Assembly (NCBI GenBank): GCA_001244265.2
Contig: LN717261.1
Location: 682,001-746,000, forward strand
Direction: 5' to 3'
DNA from: Microbotryum violaceum
Taxonomy: Eukaryota
Length of the DNA: 64,000 bases
The notes under the pieces are model-generated. The model had not been told where the DNA came from and ran no database searches. It saw only the letters and a list, made by a program, of their open reading frames with translations. The translations under genes were made by a program, and so were the position numbers. Positions 23,921 to 40,983 of this stretch are shown piece by piece (within the stretch, counting starts at the first letter, position 1; each line of letters opens with the position of its first letter).

Positions 23921-24495
23921 AACGAATACGGTCAGTAAGTACCATCAACCATAGCTCGGCCTGCTTGCGACTGACTTGGGTGCGGCAGCGAATGTTGGGG
24001 GCATGCCGAACGGATGCGAGCGGATGGGAGGTCAATGTAGGCGCTTTTGGTCTTGGTATGCTGGGAGCATGCGCGCACGGACCTCCCGGTTCGAGACTTG
24101 AGAAAGTGCGGGGGGCCGGCGACAAATCGTGCGAGTGCCGAGCGTCACCGACGATGAGATTGGCCTCCGCTTCGCCACCATCATGTTGCTCCTGGTTTAG
24201 TGAGCAATACCCTTCTACTGTGCTGACGCGTCATCATAGACAACTTACGCGTGGAAGGCGCGGCTCGGTCAAGATAATGTGATGCTAGGGTCGCGTATCG
24301 CCATAAATTCAAGAATGCCAAAAAACCTCGTCGGCGATCAAGATCGAATCGCGCCCCAGAGTGACGTAACAGCGTGAGCTCTCGGAAGCGAATATTCGCG
24401 ACTCCCCCAATTCCACGCCTCGCCTTCGCTCTCCGTCTCGCTCTCTTTCTCACACTCCACCACATCTTCCCGATTTTCACCCATCAAAAACTAAC

Positions 24496-27400
24496 ATGGT
24501 GTATATTTCGAAACACCAACTGACCGTGGCGCTCCTAGCGTCCGCGGCCACCGCATCTGCTTATCGTGAGTTCCTCAAGTCTGCACTTCGGCCCCACCAT
24601 CGAGAGGTGGTGCTGGTGCGACGTCCATGACGACGATCGCAGCGACGAGCGATTCCGAGTTGATGCTGCGGTACTTGGCTGCAATACTGGTGGTAGTTCG
24701 ACCATTCCATCAGCTTGTAGCTTTCACAGGCTTTGGGCTTGTCACTCTTTGCGGCTGCACCATTGCTGCGATGGGCGATTCCGTCGGAGCAGCCGATTCG
24801 AGCTCCCGCTCGCACTCCGCGCTCAGAATGTCGTCACACCCCAGAAAACCCTGGCGGCCATGATCGCTCCCCCTCGGAATTTAGTCAACTCATGCTTCTT
24901 TGTGTCTTTTCTTTTCTTACCATTTCCGGATTGCAGAGAGGAACATCTCCGATTGGGGACAATCCGACATCAAGAAGTACCTGCAAGACCACAATGTGCC
25001 TAACGTCGCCAACTTGAACGTCGAGCAATTGCGCGAGCTCGCTCAGGCCCACTACGAGGCTTCGGCCAAGGGCGCCCAACACGACTTCACCAATGCGGCT
25101 GGAGCCGTGTACTCGACCTGGTCCGACTCAGACCTGCGTGCTTTTCTGCTTAAGAAAGGCATCGTCTCGCCGCAGTCCAAGCGTGAAGAGTTGCTCGTCC
25201 TCGCTAAGCAGTACGGCGCCGATGCGCAGCAGGGCGCTGACAACGTCGCCAGTTCCATCTCGAGTGCCGCTGGCTCGACCTACACCGCGGCTTCCAAAGC
25301 TGGCCAAGCGGCCTTCGAGGCCGCGGCCAACGCTCCTTCGGTGACCTACGACACTGCTGCGTCCACTCTTCAAGGTAAGTTCTGCGCTCCCATCGGCTTC
25401 GGATTTGAGCTCGTCTTCAGAACAAGATTCGTAGCTCACGCCTGAATTTCACTGCCCACCCATAGATTCGTCTGACTACATCTACAGCACCTGGTCGGAC
25501 TCTGACCTCAAGGCGTGGTTGGTCGAACACAACTTATTCAAGTCCGATGCCAAGACGAGGCGTGACGAGATGCTCGACATAATTCGCAAACCGTACAACG
25601 ACGCTGCCACCAACGTTTACGACACGTGGAGCGATAGCTACCTGGTGAGTTGCTTCCTTTTTTTAAAGCCGTGCCTTGAATTGCAACTGACACAAGCTTA
25701 TGTTGTCGCGTCACAGCAAAAATGGCTCCAAAACCACAACGTCATTGACTCGCCTGCCAAGAAGACTCGCAAAGACTTACTCGACTCGGTCGGCAAGTAC
25801 TACTACGATGTTTGCGACACAACCTACACCTCATGGTCGGACAACCACGTGCGACGCTGGCTCGAATCGCGTGGCGTGATCAAGCCGCAGGAGCAGAAGA
25901 CGGCTGAGGAGTTGCGCGACCTGATCTCGGACAACTATTATTCGCTTCGGGACCGCGCCTACCAGTCTTGGGACGACTCGGCCTTGCAGCAATGGCTCGT
26001 TGACCATGGCGTTGTCGAGCCCCCTACCCAACGCGCTGCATTGCTCAAGCAGGTCAAGGACATGTACTACTCGACCGAGGAGGCGGCTTGGTCCCTCTGG
26101 TCCGACGCCCAACAACATGCTTGGCTCGTCAAGGAGAACATCGTCAAGGCCCCTGAAGCGGCGAACCTCAAGCGACACGAGCTCGAGGACCTCATCGCCA
26201 AGAATTGGCACAAGGCCGGCGACGTCCTCACCTCTGCGTGGAGTGAAAGCGACATGAAGCACTGGTTGGTCGAGCACGGTGCCATCAAGAGTGAGGCGCA
26301 AGTTCAGAAAGATGAGGTATGTCGCTGCACATCATCTTTCCCATCCCATCGTGTATGAACGCGCTGACAAGACGGTGTCGTTCTAACCATCAGGTCACGA
26401 GCCTTTTTACCAAACACTACTCCAAGGTCGCAGATAAGTCGGCGGCCTATATCTCGTGGAGTGACAACCGCCTCCGCGGATGGCTCCGACAGCACGGCGT
26501 CCCCGTCAAGCTGGGCAACTCGCGCGAAGAGCTTTTGCAGCAAATGCGTGAACATTGTGAGTAGCACTTCTAACGGGATGGTCAGTCGGACACATATCGT
26601 ACTGACCTGTATCTACACACCTCAGATATCTCATCGCAAGGTGGCCTCGGTTCGTGGGTCAGTGGAGCTGCTGGTGCCGTCGAGGGTGCACTCGGCAACG
26701 TCGTTGATATGCTCAAGGGCGTAGTCGGTGTCGCTCCTTCGTACGGCGAGGAGGCCCGTCTCAAGGCGAAGTACGCCGACTCGCAAGCACAACAGATCTA
26801 CGGCACTGCTAGCAATTCCGGTACTTCCATCCTCGCACAAGTCACCGACAGCATCTCGTCTGCGGCGTCGCGAGCCACCGCAGTTGCCTCTAACGCTTAC
26901 GTCGATACCTCGAAGTCTTTGGCAGGTGGATGGAGCGTTGCGGGTGCATCACTTTCCTCGGCTGCCTCGGTGGCTTCGGCTTCGGCCTTGTCTGCATCGT
27001 CCGTCGCGAGCAAGTCGGCGTCCGCGAGCGCCCACGCTGCCGGTCTGGCCCCTCTCAAGCTTACGCCGCCGCCACCTCGGCCGGCAACCAGGCCGCGTCG
27101 TCCGCCTCGTCTTTGGCGTCGGGTGCTTCCGCCAGTCTTTCGTCGTACCTTGCCGACACATCCGCCTCAGCGTCTTCGCTCGCTGCCCAAGCCAGTTTGA
27201 GTCTCAACTCCGCCTACTCTCAAGCCAGCAGGAGCGCTGGCTCGGCCGCCGATGCCGCTAGCAAGAGCGTGTCCAAAAGCGCTTCGTCCGCTGGCTTGAA
27301 GCCTACCCAGATCTACGAGGCGGCCTCCAAGACCGCCGCTTCCGCCGCTTCTTCGGCCAGCTCGGCCGCTAGCGTCGCGTCCGCTTCTATGAGCTCCTAC

Positions 27401-28171
27401 GTTTCGGAGCAATCCGCTTCTGCTAGTAGCGCCGCCGTCCGAGCCTCTTCGTCGTTCTCCTCTGTTCTCTCAAGTGTCAGCGCGAGTGCCGAATCGGCTT
27501 CGTCCGTCGCGTCTGCCTCGATCTCTTCGGAACTGTCCCGACAAGGAGTTGACCCGTCCTCGATCTCGAAGAGCGCGAGCTTCGCGGGCAGCGTAGCGCA
27601 GAAGAGCGCTTCGGGTGCTCTCGCCAATGCCACCTCAAGTTACTCGTCGTGGTCGTCCTCGGCTGCGACTGCGGCTTCCTCCGCGGCAAGCGCCGCTTCG
27701 GCTTCGTACGCTTCGCAGGCATCTGATCTCTCCAAGTCGGCCAACACAGCATCTTCGTCGGCTAGCAAGAGTGTCAGCTCGGCCATGCACGCGGCTGGCT
27801 ACGATCCGTCCACCATCTCCAAGTCCGCCTCTTCGGCCGGTTCGGTTGCCGAGAAGTTCGGTTCAAGTCTCGCTTCTTCGGCTTCATCGGCGCTGAGCTC
27901 GTACCACAGCCAGGCAAGCAAGTCGGCCATCGCCGCGTCCAAGACGATGTCGTCTGTTTACTCGGTCGCTTCGGCCTCGGCCAAGAGCGCTGCATCGGTG
28001 GCAAGCTCGTCCGCCTACAAGGTCTCTACCAAGGCCGGTGTTGACACTAAGGCCGCTGCGTCGACCGCCAGCGCGGTCAGCAAGTCGATCTCTACGGCTG
28101 CATCAATCACCAGCAAGAGCGCGAGCTCGGCACTCTCCCAGGCGAGCAAGGTAGCTCACCAAGAACTTTGA
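24496..28171 (+). CDS. Ish1/Msc1-like stress-responsive nuclear-envelope/ER lumen protein with Ser/Ala-rich tail
   Basis: Signal-peptide-like MVYISKHQLTVALLASAATASA. Repeated W-S-D-S-x-L-x-x-W-L motifs (WSDSDLRAFL, WSDSDLKAWL, WSDNHVRRWL, WSESDMKHWL, WSDNRLRGWL). Ser/Ala-rich C-terminus ending HQEL*. 1-nt frameshift near 27050. Confidence 0.82.
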
Positions 28172-28899
28172 AATGGTGTGGCATTTTTTGTCTTATTCCC
28201 ATATCGCTTGGTTCTGCATTGCACCTGATCAGCCAGACCGTGCCATCTACGTGCTCGGTGGCTCGCGCTCTGGCTGGCGCTCCCTCCCCCTAACCTGCCA
28301 CTTCTCTCGCTAAGTACTGCTGTCTGGAACCGTCCACAAATTCACAATTGTGATATGCCTTCAAATGTGATTGAACCAGAAGTTCTGTGTTTTTGTAGCG
28401 ACTTTTGAAATGGAATCTTTCGTACTAATTCTCCCGCGCCAAGCCGCGTTCGGAAAGCTCACTGAGCGACGTTTTTGGCGGGGAATACCCATCTGAATGG
28501 GTATTGCCTGGGCTGCGGTATTACCCATCAGAAGGGGTAATACCCAAGCAGCGGGTATTACCCCTTCAGATGGGTATTACACAAGCAGACGGTATTCCCT
28601 TCGGTTCGGGTATTTCCAATTTTAATGGGTAATACCATCCAAAAAGTCTCAATAGGGGCTCTTTTCGGGAGCGTGATCGAGCTTAATTCACATTAGCTTG
28701 CTCATTAGGTTCTGTATCATTAAATGCTAGTGCGAGCTCAATTGGCATTAGCTCACTTATTAGGGTCTGTATCATAAATTACTAGTGCTCGCGTTCATAT
28801 TACTAATGTTAATGCAGCCATTTTATATTGCATGCCAGATGTTGTAGTATTTATCTAGCAAGTGTCTACCTCCGTTACCATCTTTGACCCGTAGCCGGA

Positions 28900-29853
28900 T
28901 AGTTTGGATCGTTGGCATCCAAATCATCCGCAGCTGCCGCGCGTGCTCCGCTTCCTCAAGTCCTTGGAGACCGTTCCAATTCCTCGACTTCTTCTTCATC
29001 CTGTCCCTGATCCTCGTCTTCTTCTTCTTCAGCTCGACCGTTGCCAAGGTCTCTCTTTGGGTTGGTCTGTTGGCTTCTGTTAGGATTGTGTTCGGTCTTC
29101 TTCTTCTTGTTTCTTGGCGGGCCCGGGCCTCTGACACCGCTGGCTGCAGGAGTCGAACGCTGACCGCTTGAACCCACGTGGGGGCTTGTTTGTTGAGTCT
29201 CCTGCGACAATTGTGGCGATCCTGCTCCTTGGCGCGCTCCTCGCTTCTTGGGCACTAGGGTCCTGTTCCTAGTTGCCAGCACTTCTTCCTCTTCGAGGTC
29301 GCTTGTGCCTGTATCTGAAGCCGAATAGACCCCGTCTTGGCTCTGAAGGAGCCATCACGGTCTCATCAGTGCATACCATCCAGTCCGATCTGGTTGAGAA
29401 GAAGGGGCTAACTTCCCGACTGGGACCTTCACCATGCCTGCTGCGGAGTGTCGCTATGTCTGCTTTGGAGAGCTGACCTTTGATTCCCGCAAGCCGGCAC
29501 ACTTCGCGATCGTACGCTAATTTCCAGGCGGACCGAATATTTGCCAAGACATCGATGAGGAGTTCTCTGGCTGCAGTGGACCGATGCGGCACACGTCAGC
29601 GAAAATGTGGCTGACTTAGCCCGAACGAGACTCGGCCCAAGCTTGAGGCCTCCTGAGGCCTGAGCGCTTGAGCCCGAACCAGCTGAGCCCGAACCTGAGC
29701 CCGAACCTGAGCCCGAACCTGAGCCCGAACCTGAGCCCGAACCTGGCGAAGCAAATCCTTGAATCAGAACAAGTACTGCATGCTGAGCTCACCAGTGCCC
29801 TTCCCATTCCGTCTTTGGTTCTCTTTGTCCTTCTCTGATGCAGATCCTGCCAT
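28900..29853 (-). other. Possible second (divergent) gene of the CACTG element; unknown product
   Basis: ORF pieces MAGSASEKDKENQRR.., RELLIDVLANIRSAWKLAYDREVCRLAG, and an acidic/basic tail, all inside the TIRs. Confidence 0.35.
29683..29742. repeat. 12-bp tandem repeat (CTGAGCCCGAAC) x5
   Basis: Directly visible. Confidence 0.95.
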
Positions 29854-32652
29854 TGCGGCGCTCCCGTGTGGCAGTGGATGAATGGTGGGTGGGAGAATGA
29901 CTGAACACGTGGGCGGAAGGAGGGAAAGAGAGAAACGAAGACGCGCGCGCAAACTGCACGACTGCGCCGACTGCGCCACAATTTTTGCAAAGTCTTCTTC
30001 CGGACCCTCAACGGTGGTAAACGTGCACCGCTCGTTCGCTCCGCCATGGCGGGCAACACAACCTCTCGCCCATGCCCTTGTTCCTGGTGCAAAGGGGCTT
30101 CAGTGTCAAAAGCGACCTTCTACCGCCATCACGCTCGACAACCTAATGGACCCCGCGCTACCGAAGAGGCTGCCATTCTCGAGGTACCGCGGCAGCCATC
30201 GATGCTTCTAGCACCGCCTGGTCCCCATTCTCAAGCATCCCAGCCCCCACGACCTACACCCAGTTGATTCGCAACCCGCTCGCCACAGAAATATACCCAA
30301 TCCGCAGAGCGAATCGTGTCGCGAAAGGCGTTCGTCGGTTCTTCGATGGGCGCTCAGCTCAATGACTCGGCGCTTTCAAACGACACACAAGCCTATGGCA
30401 GCGTCTCGAGTAATATTTCGCACACCGATGCACCAAACTCACCATCGCTGCCCTAGGAGAGCGGAGAATTCAGTATGAACATCAGCCCCGAGCTTCCCCA
30501 GATCCCTGAAGGCGATTACGATTTCGAGCGAGCTTCTTGGACGGGGGGGTCAATGGACAGTTTCGAAGGCCATGCACTGGAGTCGGACCAAGACGTACTT
30601 CGCCAGACACAACTGTTTGAAATGACTTCCGCTTTGGAGACGACATCCCCCGCCCTGCGGCCCCTCGACAATTACAGTTCGAGCTCGCTCCCATTCGACG
30701 ACGACGATCCACTTGTCGTCGAGGAACTTTGGGGAGCGGATCAACGGTTGGATGCCAATGGTGTCTACAACATACCCACCACATCCCGATTGTCCAGCTC
30801 CCAGGAGCGCGCAGTGGCAGAGGAGGAAGTTCGCCAAGAGATCGAGTTGGGTGAGATTCATATCATAAATTGAATGTTGCTAGTGAGTAGGCGAGTGCTG
30901 CGTCCCTGATGTGAACCTCTGCTCCACACTGCCTTCAGCCAAGGCTCTCCCGTACTAAGACGTGGACACACTGTACGACTTTTCTTTTCGACATATGTAC
31001 AACATGACGCGCCAGGCGAGCAAAATCTGGGAGGTACTTGGGAGTCGGCCTAGTTTGCAGAAAGTACGTGCTCGAGTGTTTGCATTGACAGGTAAGTAGT
31101 CGGGCTGCATTCCATTCTTGATCTTGAAAGCGCAGTGTTCGCTGACAGTTCGTCGATTTAGGCTTGAAGCCTGTTCGGATACCCTGCTGCGTCAAGACCT
31201 GTGTTGCTTTCACTGGGCCGAGAGAAGCATTGACACGTTGTCCAGTATGCAATTCGCCGAAACTGGATCAAAATGGCCATCCTCAAAATACATTTCTGTA
31301 CCTGTCGCCCGACGTGTACTTAAACATCTACCTGCGCGATCGAGTGTACGCCTCCTTGATGCGTTATCGATCCGACTTTGAGCGCAATCGAGATCCTCAA
31401 GAGGTCGTGGACTTATTTGACGGTGATCGTTATCGCGAGAAGCTGGATCAGAACATATCATGGACGAACCCACCTATCGCAGGTGCATCCCAACCGACCG
31501 TCTCTACAATCAACGTCAAGTATTATGAGAACGATGTCGACGTCGCGTTCGGGCTGTTCACCGATGGCATTCAACTATTAAACAAGACTCAGAGCGAATG
31601 CTGGCCAATCATGATGATCAATTACAACCTACCGCCAGAGATACGTTACAAGAAGAAGCATCTCATGACCGTCGGCATCATACCCGGCCCCAAGGGCCCC
31701 AAAGACATTGATTCATTTCTTCATCCCCTCTACGAAGATGCTCGAGCATCGGCTAGAAACGGACACATGGTCTTTGACGGTGTTACAGAGGTGTGTAATA
31801 GCGTCGCCGAGTTAAGTCCTGCATATCCTTCGCCCCGTGGAGACTGATGCACATTGCCGCATTGACAGACCATGGTGCGACAGCGATGGTTCATACACGT
31901 GATTGGAGGCGACGGACCTGCTCTCTCAAAGATGCTTGGTTTCAAGGGTCCAACCGCCAAATGGCCTTGCCGAGTCTGCCTCATTCAAGGAGTTCCATGC
32001 GCTGCTGCCCACAATCACAACTACTACCCCTCAAGATGCCTCTCGACTCATCGCATGCGAACCGATCTGATCTGACCGCTTTGGATCTTCCATGCGTTCG
32101 GAAGCAACGATCCGCGAAGCGGCATCGGAAAAAAATCCTACATTCGGCCTCAGCAAGCTGAGCTCGGCGGCGCACCTTCCTGGATTTTCGCTTCATCAAG
32201 ACGGACCTTCAGACTTCATGCACGCTGTCTTCGAAAACGTCGCTCGAAAGCTCTTCAATATGTGGCATGGTGACTTGGCGGCTCAGAAATCAAAGGGTTA
32301 CAAGACCCAGGCGCCACAAGCTCAGAGAGGCAGATCCGCGCAAGGAAAGGTGACATCGGCGGCTAGTGCAGAAGCAACGACGTCCGCGGCCGCAGTAGAC
32401 GAAGCGCTTGGGACCGACTTACCTGACTGGGTGATACCAAACAAAATATGGGAGGTCATTGGCCAGGAAATCACCAACGGCGCAAAGACAATACCCAGCC
32501 TATTCGCTCGAAAGATGCACAACATCCACCTACAGACTGGAGCAATGACTGCAGAGGATTGGTCGAACTGGATTCTCTATGTTGGCCCCTGTGTTCTTCA
32601 TGATCGACTGCCCGCCAAATATTTCGCCCACTTCCTGGCGCTTCGGAGGTGG

Positions 32653-37419
<4,767 letters not shown>

Positions 37420-39189
37420 GGTGGGTTAAAGATTGCATGGCTATGACAATCAACAAGGAGGATGTAGCCAAGGATGGCGCTCTTCGACGTGACATAGCCT
37501 CCTGGTGTACCGAGTTTGAATCGTAAGCCCTCACGGTGCCACTCTTCCCTGAAGGACCTCAGTCATCTGACCCTAATCTGCCTTGTTTACCTCGGCTTCA
37601 GATTACATTACTCAGGGAAATCAGCTCACTTGATCAATCTGCCGCACTCGGTTCATGCGGTCTTACACATAGCCGATTTCATCGAATGGCATGGGCCACC
37701 TGCCATGACTTGGTGCTTTGCCATGGAGCGGCTCAACCAAACGGTCAAGCGTGTCGCAAGCAAGGCTCATCGTCTACCATATGAAGCAGTGAATCGTTGT
37801 CAGTAATGCTCTGCCCAAGGAATACGAGTTGATTGCGATGTAAAATCTCTGACCACTTCTCTGTAACCCATGCAGATGTGTGTGCGGATGCTGCCTTGCA
37901 AATGGCGTGTTCGCGCTTTCCTCGCTTCTCTTATCCCATCACTGTACCGGCACTGATGAAGCATCAGCAGGACAATCAGATGGAGCTCGAGCAGATGCAA
38001 CAGTCACGGGGGTTGTTCATGAACGCAACGGGCGATCATATGCGCGGTTCGTCCGCGGCCGCATCACGACAAGCTTCGAGTGAAAATGGGGACTCGGGGC
38101 TGAAGCTTTGGGTCTTTACGGACGGCGCAGTGACAAGCTGAAGCAGGGACCGGGTATCAACGATGTAATGCGAGTTGCGCAATTCATTGCACGCGAATTG
38201 TTTGGTCAGCTGGCCCCTGTGGTCTTCAAGCGAAAGGTGCGTATTCACATTTGGTTCAGATCCATCCGGCATCTCGAATTGCTAATCTGCGGCTCACTGC
38301 CGCATAGGTTGACGCAATCAGGACATCAATTTTGAGCCTGTCGATCAATTCTTTTGAAGGCTACCGCATGGACTCTGGACGGGACCGGATTGCGGCGACG
38401 GAGCGACTGTCAAAGCATGCAAGAGTTTCTGCAGACACACGGGATGCTTCATGGATCTCAGTAAGTTATAGTACCAGGTTACGATTACAGTTACGCTGAG
38501 GAAGCATTTTCAGTACGATCTATTGATAGACAGTAGTCGACGTCGTGCAAGAGACAACTCTCAGGCGTTCCCTCGTGAAGGCGAAGGAGCCGATCGTGTC
38601 AAACATTTTGGTCAACTTTTGGCGATTTATGAGTTCCGATATGGGGAGCAGGTGCGCGCATTCGCACTTGGTTGTGCCAGGCGGCCTTACGACCCTGACA
38701 CATTCCTCTCGCTTCATAGAATTTCCTGCTTGGGAAGGTGCGGTCGCTTGGTTTGAGCCACTTGCAACCTGTCGACACGGTCGAACGGGCCCCGATTGCC
38801 AAGCCGACGCCAAAGCGGCAAAAGAGGAAGGCTTTGTCTGTTGTAGGAGGGCACAAGCATCAGAATTTGTTCTTCACTCAAGGTAAACGCGCTTCAGGAG
38901 CGGTCGAGATTGTGGATCTGCGTTGCATCCTGGGCTCAGCTGGTCGCATACATCGGAGGGTTGGTCGAGAGGAGTCCCGGGAGTACATCTTTGACCGGAT
39001 GGATGACGAAGCTCGGCCCAATTTTCTGAACCTGGAATAATACACTGGCTTCCTTCACTCGTCTGTTTCATCCACTGCCAGAGGCAAGAGTGTTACAGAG
39101 AAGTTCTAGACATCCGAGTGGTGGTATTGCGGTGGTAACAACCCAGACCCGGTAGTAACCACGCTGCACGTACAGAAGAAACCCGGAGG

Positions 39190-39615
39190 CCGGGGGAATA
39201 ACCATCCAGGCAGATATTACCCATGTCAAAGTTAATACCCGGCTGGGGGTATTACCGCGCGCCTGGCTATTACCCCTTCAGCTGGGTATTACCCCCCTTC
39301 AGCTCGGTATTAGCCCCGTTCAGCTGGGTATTAACCCCAGCCGGGTATTACTCCTCAACTGGGTATTACCCGTAAGCTGGGTATTACCCAGAGAGATGGG
39401 TAATACCCGGCTGGGGGTATTACGCGCGCCCGGGTATTCCCCGTCGGCTGGGTATTACCCGCGGAGATGGGTAATACCCGTCAGAGAGTTAATGCCCGAC
39501 CTGGGGTTAATACCGCGCGCCTGGGTATTACCCGTCAGCTGGGTATTACCCAGGCGCGCTCGGGACAATACCCAGGTGAGACCTGGGTAATACCCTTCAG
39601 AATGGGTATTACCGG
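39190..39615. repeat. Subterminal array of GGGTATTACC/GGTAATACCC motifs of the CACTG element
   Basis: Many copies in both orientations. The same motif recurs in both TIRs (28480-28640 and 39895-40035). Confidence 0.85.
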
Positions 39616-40983
39616 AATTAACCGACCCTCAGTGAAGGCTTGCCCGGTACCGCCATCCGTAAGCTCAACTAAGCCCTCCACAATATGTACTACAACATCT
39701 GGCGTGCAATATAAAATGGCATTGATATTAGTAATATGAACGCGAGCATTAGTAATGTATGATACAGATCCTAATGAGTAAGCTAATACTAGTTGAGCTT
39801 GCACTAGCAATTAATGATATAGAACCTAGTGAGCAAGCTAATGTGAATTAAGCTCGATCACGCTCCCGAAAAGAGCCCCTATTGAGACTTTTTGGATGGT
39901 ATTACCCATTAAAATTGGAAATACCCGAACCGAAGGGAATACCGTCTGCTTGGGTAATACCATCTTCACGTGGGTAATACCCAACCAGCGGGTATTACCC
40001 ATTTCGGTGGGTAATACCCATCTGAATGGGTATTCCCCGCCAAAAACGTCGCTCAGTGCGATATCCTTCTCCCAAGTTAGACTATTGCGAACCTCCGGTG
40101 GGCAATCAAACGCTCCATCGAGCTTTCTTTGAAGATCTTCGTCTACGCGAGCTTTGGCTACTGCATTGAATATCACGTAAATTGCTCGAGTTCTTGTCCC
40201 TCCATGTCATTGGTTGAATTTCCCACTCGCAGTGAGGTTGGGCTGCATCATGACTGGCAATTCGCGCGAAGTCGGTACGGCCGCTGAAAATAAATTACCG
40301 CCACTTTCCGGGAGATGTGATCGCGTGGTATAATACACTTTCCGCTTTGACCTCGAAATAATCTGTGGGTTGCCATTGCGCATGGAGGTCGCTGGGGATG
40401 AAAATTGTATTTCGGACAAGGACGGCGCGACAGGTTAGCTTGAAGTCGGATGGTGCCAGCTGAGTCGGGGATCAAGTTGAAGATAGATTCCGCCACGGTT
40501 TGGCTCTGTGATTGGTGTCAATGAGCATGTTTGATTGAGGTAGATTGCATCGGTCAAGAAGCTTCCCGGGGCCGCACCATGTGCGCCGTCGGATATCTTT
40601 AAGGCCTGCCACTCGTCGAGCGCGAGCGCGTGACGATCAAAAATCGCAACGCGGTCCCAATAAACGCGTCAAGTTGGGACGCGCACCTTTCTGTTTTCAC
40701 CTCCATCCCGCAACTCTGAACGCTCTGTTCTGATCACTGACGGAGAGCCCAAAGAGAGTCTTGTAAGTCTTACCAACACTTCTTGCTGTGCTCGTCCATA
40801 GGTGGAGCTCGTCGTCCGTCCACGCCTGTGACGCCCACTCCTTCGGGCCGCCCGATCTCGAACGCCGCTCCTGACCAGCGACGCGTGATGAACCGCTACT
40901 GACACCACGGATCACCCCCTACAGTTCCATATACTTCTCTTGGACGCGTGTTCTACGCTTGAAACATCTCGGTGCAGCTTATT

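Noticed and set aside
27040-27060. Frameshift in the Ish1-like gene, read as programmed frameshifting or gene decay
   Set aside because: Adding one C to the C-run restores GLAPSQAY, matching the internal repeat GLKPTQIY. Probably a sequencing error.
29616-30092. ORF with (RFGL)n repeats as a possible repeated pheromone precursor
   Set aside because: It derives from a 12-bp tandem repeat inside the CACTG element and has no CAAX motifs.
39190-39615. Palindromic repeats with variable spacers resembling a CRISPR or iteron array
   Set aside because: The same motif forms the CACTG element's TIRs and spacing is irregular. These are subterminal transposase-binding repeats.
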